A stretch of DNA of 64,000 nt, taken from positions 137,456,001-137,520,000 of the forward strand of contig NC_058368.1 in NCBI RefSeq assembly GCF_018350175.1, given 5' to 3'. Positions 61,724 to 64,000 of the stretch are shown here, piece by piece. The stretch is from Felis catus (Eukaryota). The position numbers and the translations under genes were made by a program. The notes under the pieces are model-generated. The model did not search any database, was not told the origin of the DNA, and saw only the letters and a program-made list of their open reading frames with translations. Each line of letters begins with the position of its first letter. The stretch's first letter is position 1.

Positions 61724-63865
61724 AAGCAAGCCTTAAGTAGGCTCTCTGCTCAGCATGGAGCTTGACGTGGGGCTTGATCCCACAACCCTAGAATCATGAC
61801 CTGAACTGAAATTAAGGGTCAGACGTTCAACTGACTGATCCACCAATATTTTTAGATGTTCTTTCTTGTAGAGAAATATTTCTTACTAATTAGTGGCTTT
61901 CTTTTATAATTAGACGATCAGTGAGAACGCTGATGATGAACTTATTCATAGTTTTAGTTTAGCTTAATGTCTCAGAAGAACCAGTAATGAAATCTTCTGT
62001 TTTCCACTCTTCAAGCTTTGTTTTTATTTTTTTTATTTTTTTATGTTTATTTGTTTTAAAAGAGAGAGAGTGAGAACAAGTAGGGGAGAGGCAGAGAGAG
62101 AAGGAGAGAGAATCCCAAGCAGGCCCCAAGCTGTCAGCACAGAGCCCAACGTGGGGGGTCCATCTCACAAACCGTGAGATCATGACCTGAGCTGAAATCA
62201 AGAGTTGGACACTTAACTGAGTCACCCAGGTGCCCCCAAGGCTGATTTTTAAATTTTTTGAAATAGTATGTTGAAACTATTACTATTAATAAAAATTTAT
62301 TTCACAAAAATGCTGAACTTGCATAAATTTAAGTATTATAAAACAGGGGTAAAATGACTGTTTAATAGAAGATATTTTTTAGTCTGATGTTTACTTTTGG
62401 GGACATTTTAGCAGAACAGTGATTCATGCTTTTGCTAGTTTCTTTACTACCTAAATAGTTTAGTATCCCATGTACATGAAATCTATTATATGACATTTAA
62501 GGCTAGTCTTAGCAGATCTGTCATTTTAGAGCTACTTAAAATGTTTTTCAACTGATTTCTATTTTATCTTCTTCCTCTTTCTGTAGTCTATCCCTCATAC
62601 CAGTGCTAATTTTCTTTTAAGACCACTTTATAGGGGCATGTATGTATCACCTCTCATGAAAACTCTTCCCATTACCTGCAAACTAAAAGTTCAGATTCCT
62701 TGACCTGCTTTACAGTTAGAGGATCACCACTTAGCTACGATGTAATTAATGCACTTATTTGTTCAGCAAATATTTGTTAAAGACCTATTATTTGCCAGTT
62801 CACAGTGGTCTACGAGAGGGACAAGTTCCCAAGCTGACATTCTAGTAGTATTTACTATGTTGGTCCCCCATCCTCCCCATGAACACAACCAGGGATTCAG
62901 CACCTGCCTTTTATTGTGCTTATTTTTTTCTTTAGTATCCTGCAAGCTCCTTGAAAACAGAAAGTACACAGTAGGTGTCTCCAGTTCTACAGTATCATAT
63001 ATAAAGGGTTTTCAGTTAACTGTGATCATAATAATAGACTAGTGTCAGTTTTTGTCAATGTTAGGGTTATTTGGTTTTTAAAATTATTGATATTTTAATA
63101 ACACTATCAGATAACACTAGAACACATGTCAAGTCGATTAAAAAGATGTAATGTGATTTGATCTGATTGTTTTCCATCAGCTTTAAATTTTTTTTTTTTT
63201 TTTTTTTTTAACTAAGAGCTGTTCATCTGTTTTGTTTTGTTTTAGGCCTTATTGAATTTGAAGAATGTGACCCTGCTAGTGCAGTTGAAGGTAAGTTAAC
63301 TAGTTGTAATGTGTGGTAACTAGCTAATATCTTCTGTTTATTGAACAAATAAAGAGTGGCTATTATCCTTTGATGTCAGCATGTTTGTGGAGTGATATAA
63401 AAAATCTGAATGTAGTTTGAAGGCCTATAGATTTTTAATCTTTACTTAATAAGTAAACAGTAGGTTTGCCCAAAGGAATATTAGTGTGTTAGAATATATA
63501 TCTTAAAAGATTAAATATAACATGTATTTATTTTCAAATACACATCGAGATTGTTTTCTTTATTGACATCCATCTTTAAACATTCTCATGTCATAAATAT
63601 GAAAATCATTGCTACACGTTAATGTATAAGATTTATTTTAAAGTGAGAAACATTTCAGTAATTAATGAAGATTATATATTGATGTTAATATTCCCCTCAT
63701 TCAGGAGGAGTGATGATGTGACTTGGAGAAAGGGTCTACAACCCTTCATGTTTGTTTATTTAAATACTCTATTTTTAAGTAATCTCTGCACCCAATGTGG
63801 GACTCAAATTCACAACCCCAAGAGATAGATTCACATGTTCCACAGACTGAACCAGCCAGGCACCT
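61605..63865 (-). mobile_element. Three antisense Can-SINEs flanking exon 9 (61605-61845, 62018-62237, 63765-63865 short)
   Basis: consensus matches; (GA)n expansion in the first. Confidence 0.88.
63246..63290 (+). CDS. FCHO2: FCHO2 coding exon 9 (45 nt, phase 1-1), end of F-BAR
   Basis: ttttgttttag|GC CTT...GAAG|gtaagt; (G)LIEFEECDPASAVE(G). Confidence 0.95.
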
Positions 63866-64000
63866 ACCTTCCTGTTTAAGTACTTTGTGAGCTACTAGAA
63901 ATAATTTGGGAAGCAATCTTTTCTATTTATTTTTCTCTCAACATTTATGTGAGAATTCAGAGAAAAGGTTTACTGTTGTGTGTAAAGCTATCATTGGAGG

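Overview
Eukaryotic, AT-rich mammalian genomic DNA, almost certainly a felid, judged from cat-type tRNA-derived Can-SINEs and cat-type L1 3' ends. The whole window lies inside FCHO2 (F-BAR domain only protein 2, clathrin-pit nucleator) on the + strand. Eight coding exons (exons 2-9 by human numbering, 808 nt) splice with canonical AG/GT into one open frame covering the F-BAR domain (about residues 12-281). Exon 1 and the 3' exons lie outside the window. The rest is intron: about 55-60 Can-SINEs, old and young L1 fragments, L2/MIR, Tigger, Tc2/Kanga and hAT (MER58/MER5) fossils, a MaLR LTR, a solo ERV LTR and microsatellites. Nearly all ORF-track entries are repeat artefacts. I see no new protein-coding system, RNA gene or CRISPR-like array. 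The best leads are RNA-level: a (TG)17 tract abutting the branch point of in-frame-skippable exon 7; a ~98%-identical inverted young SINE pair whose loop holds a cryptic poison exon; a head-to-head SINE palindrome with a 26-nt spacer whose arms share private variants; possible SINE-driven circularisation of exons 3-5; and a motif-dense candidate enhancer near 60.3 kb. Repeat family names and human protein comparisons are from memory, and repeat boundaries are approximate unless TSDs are quoted.
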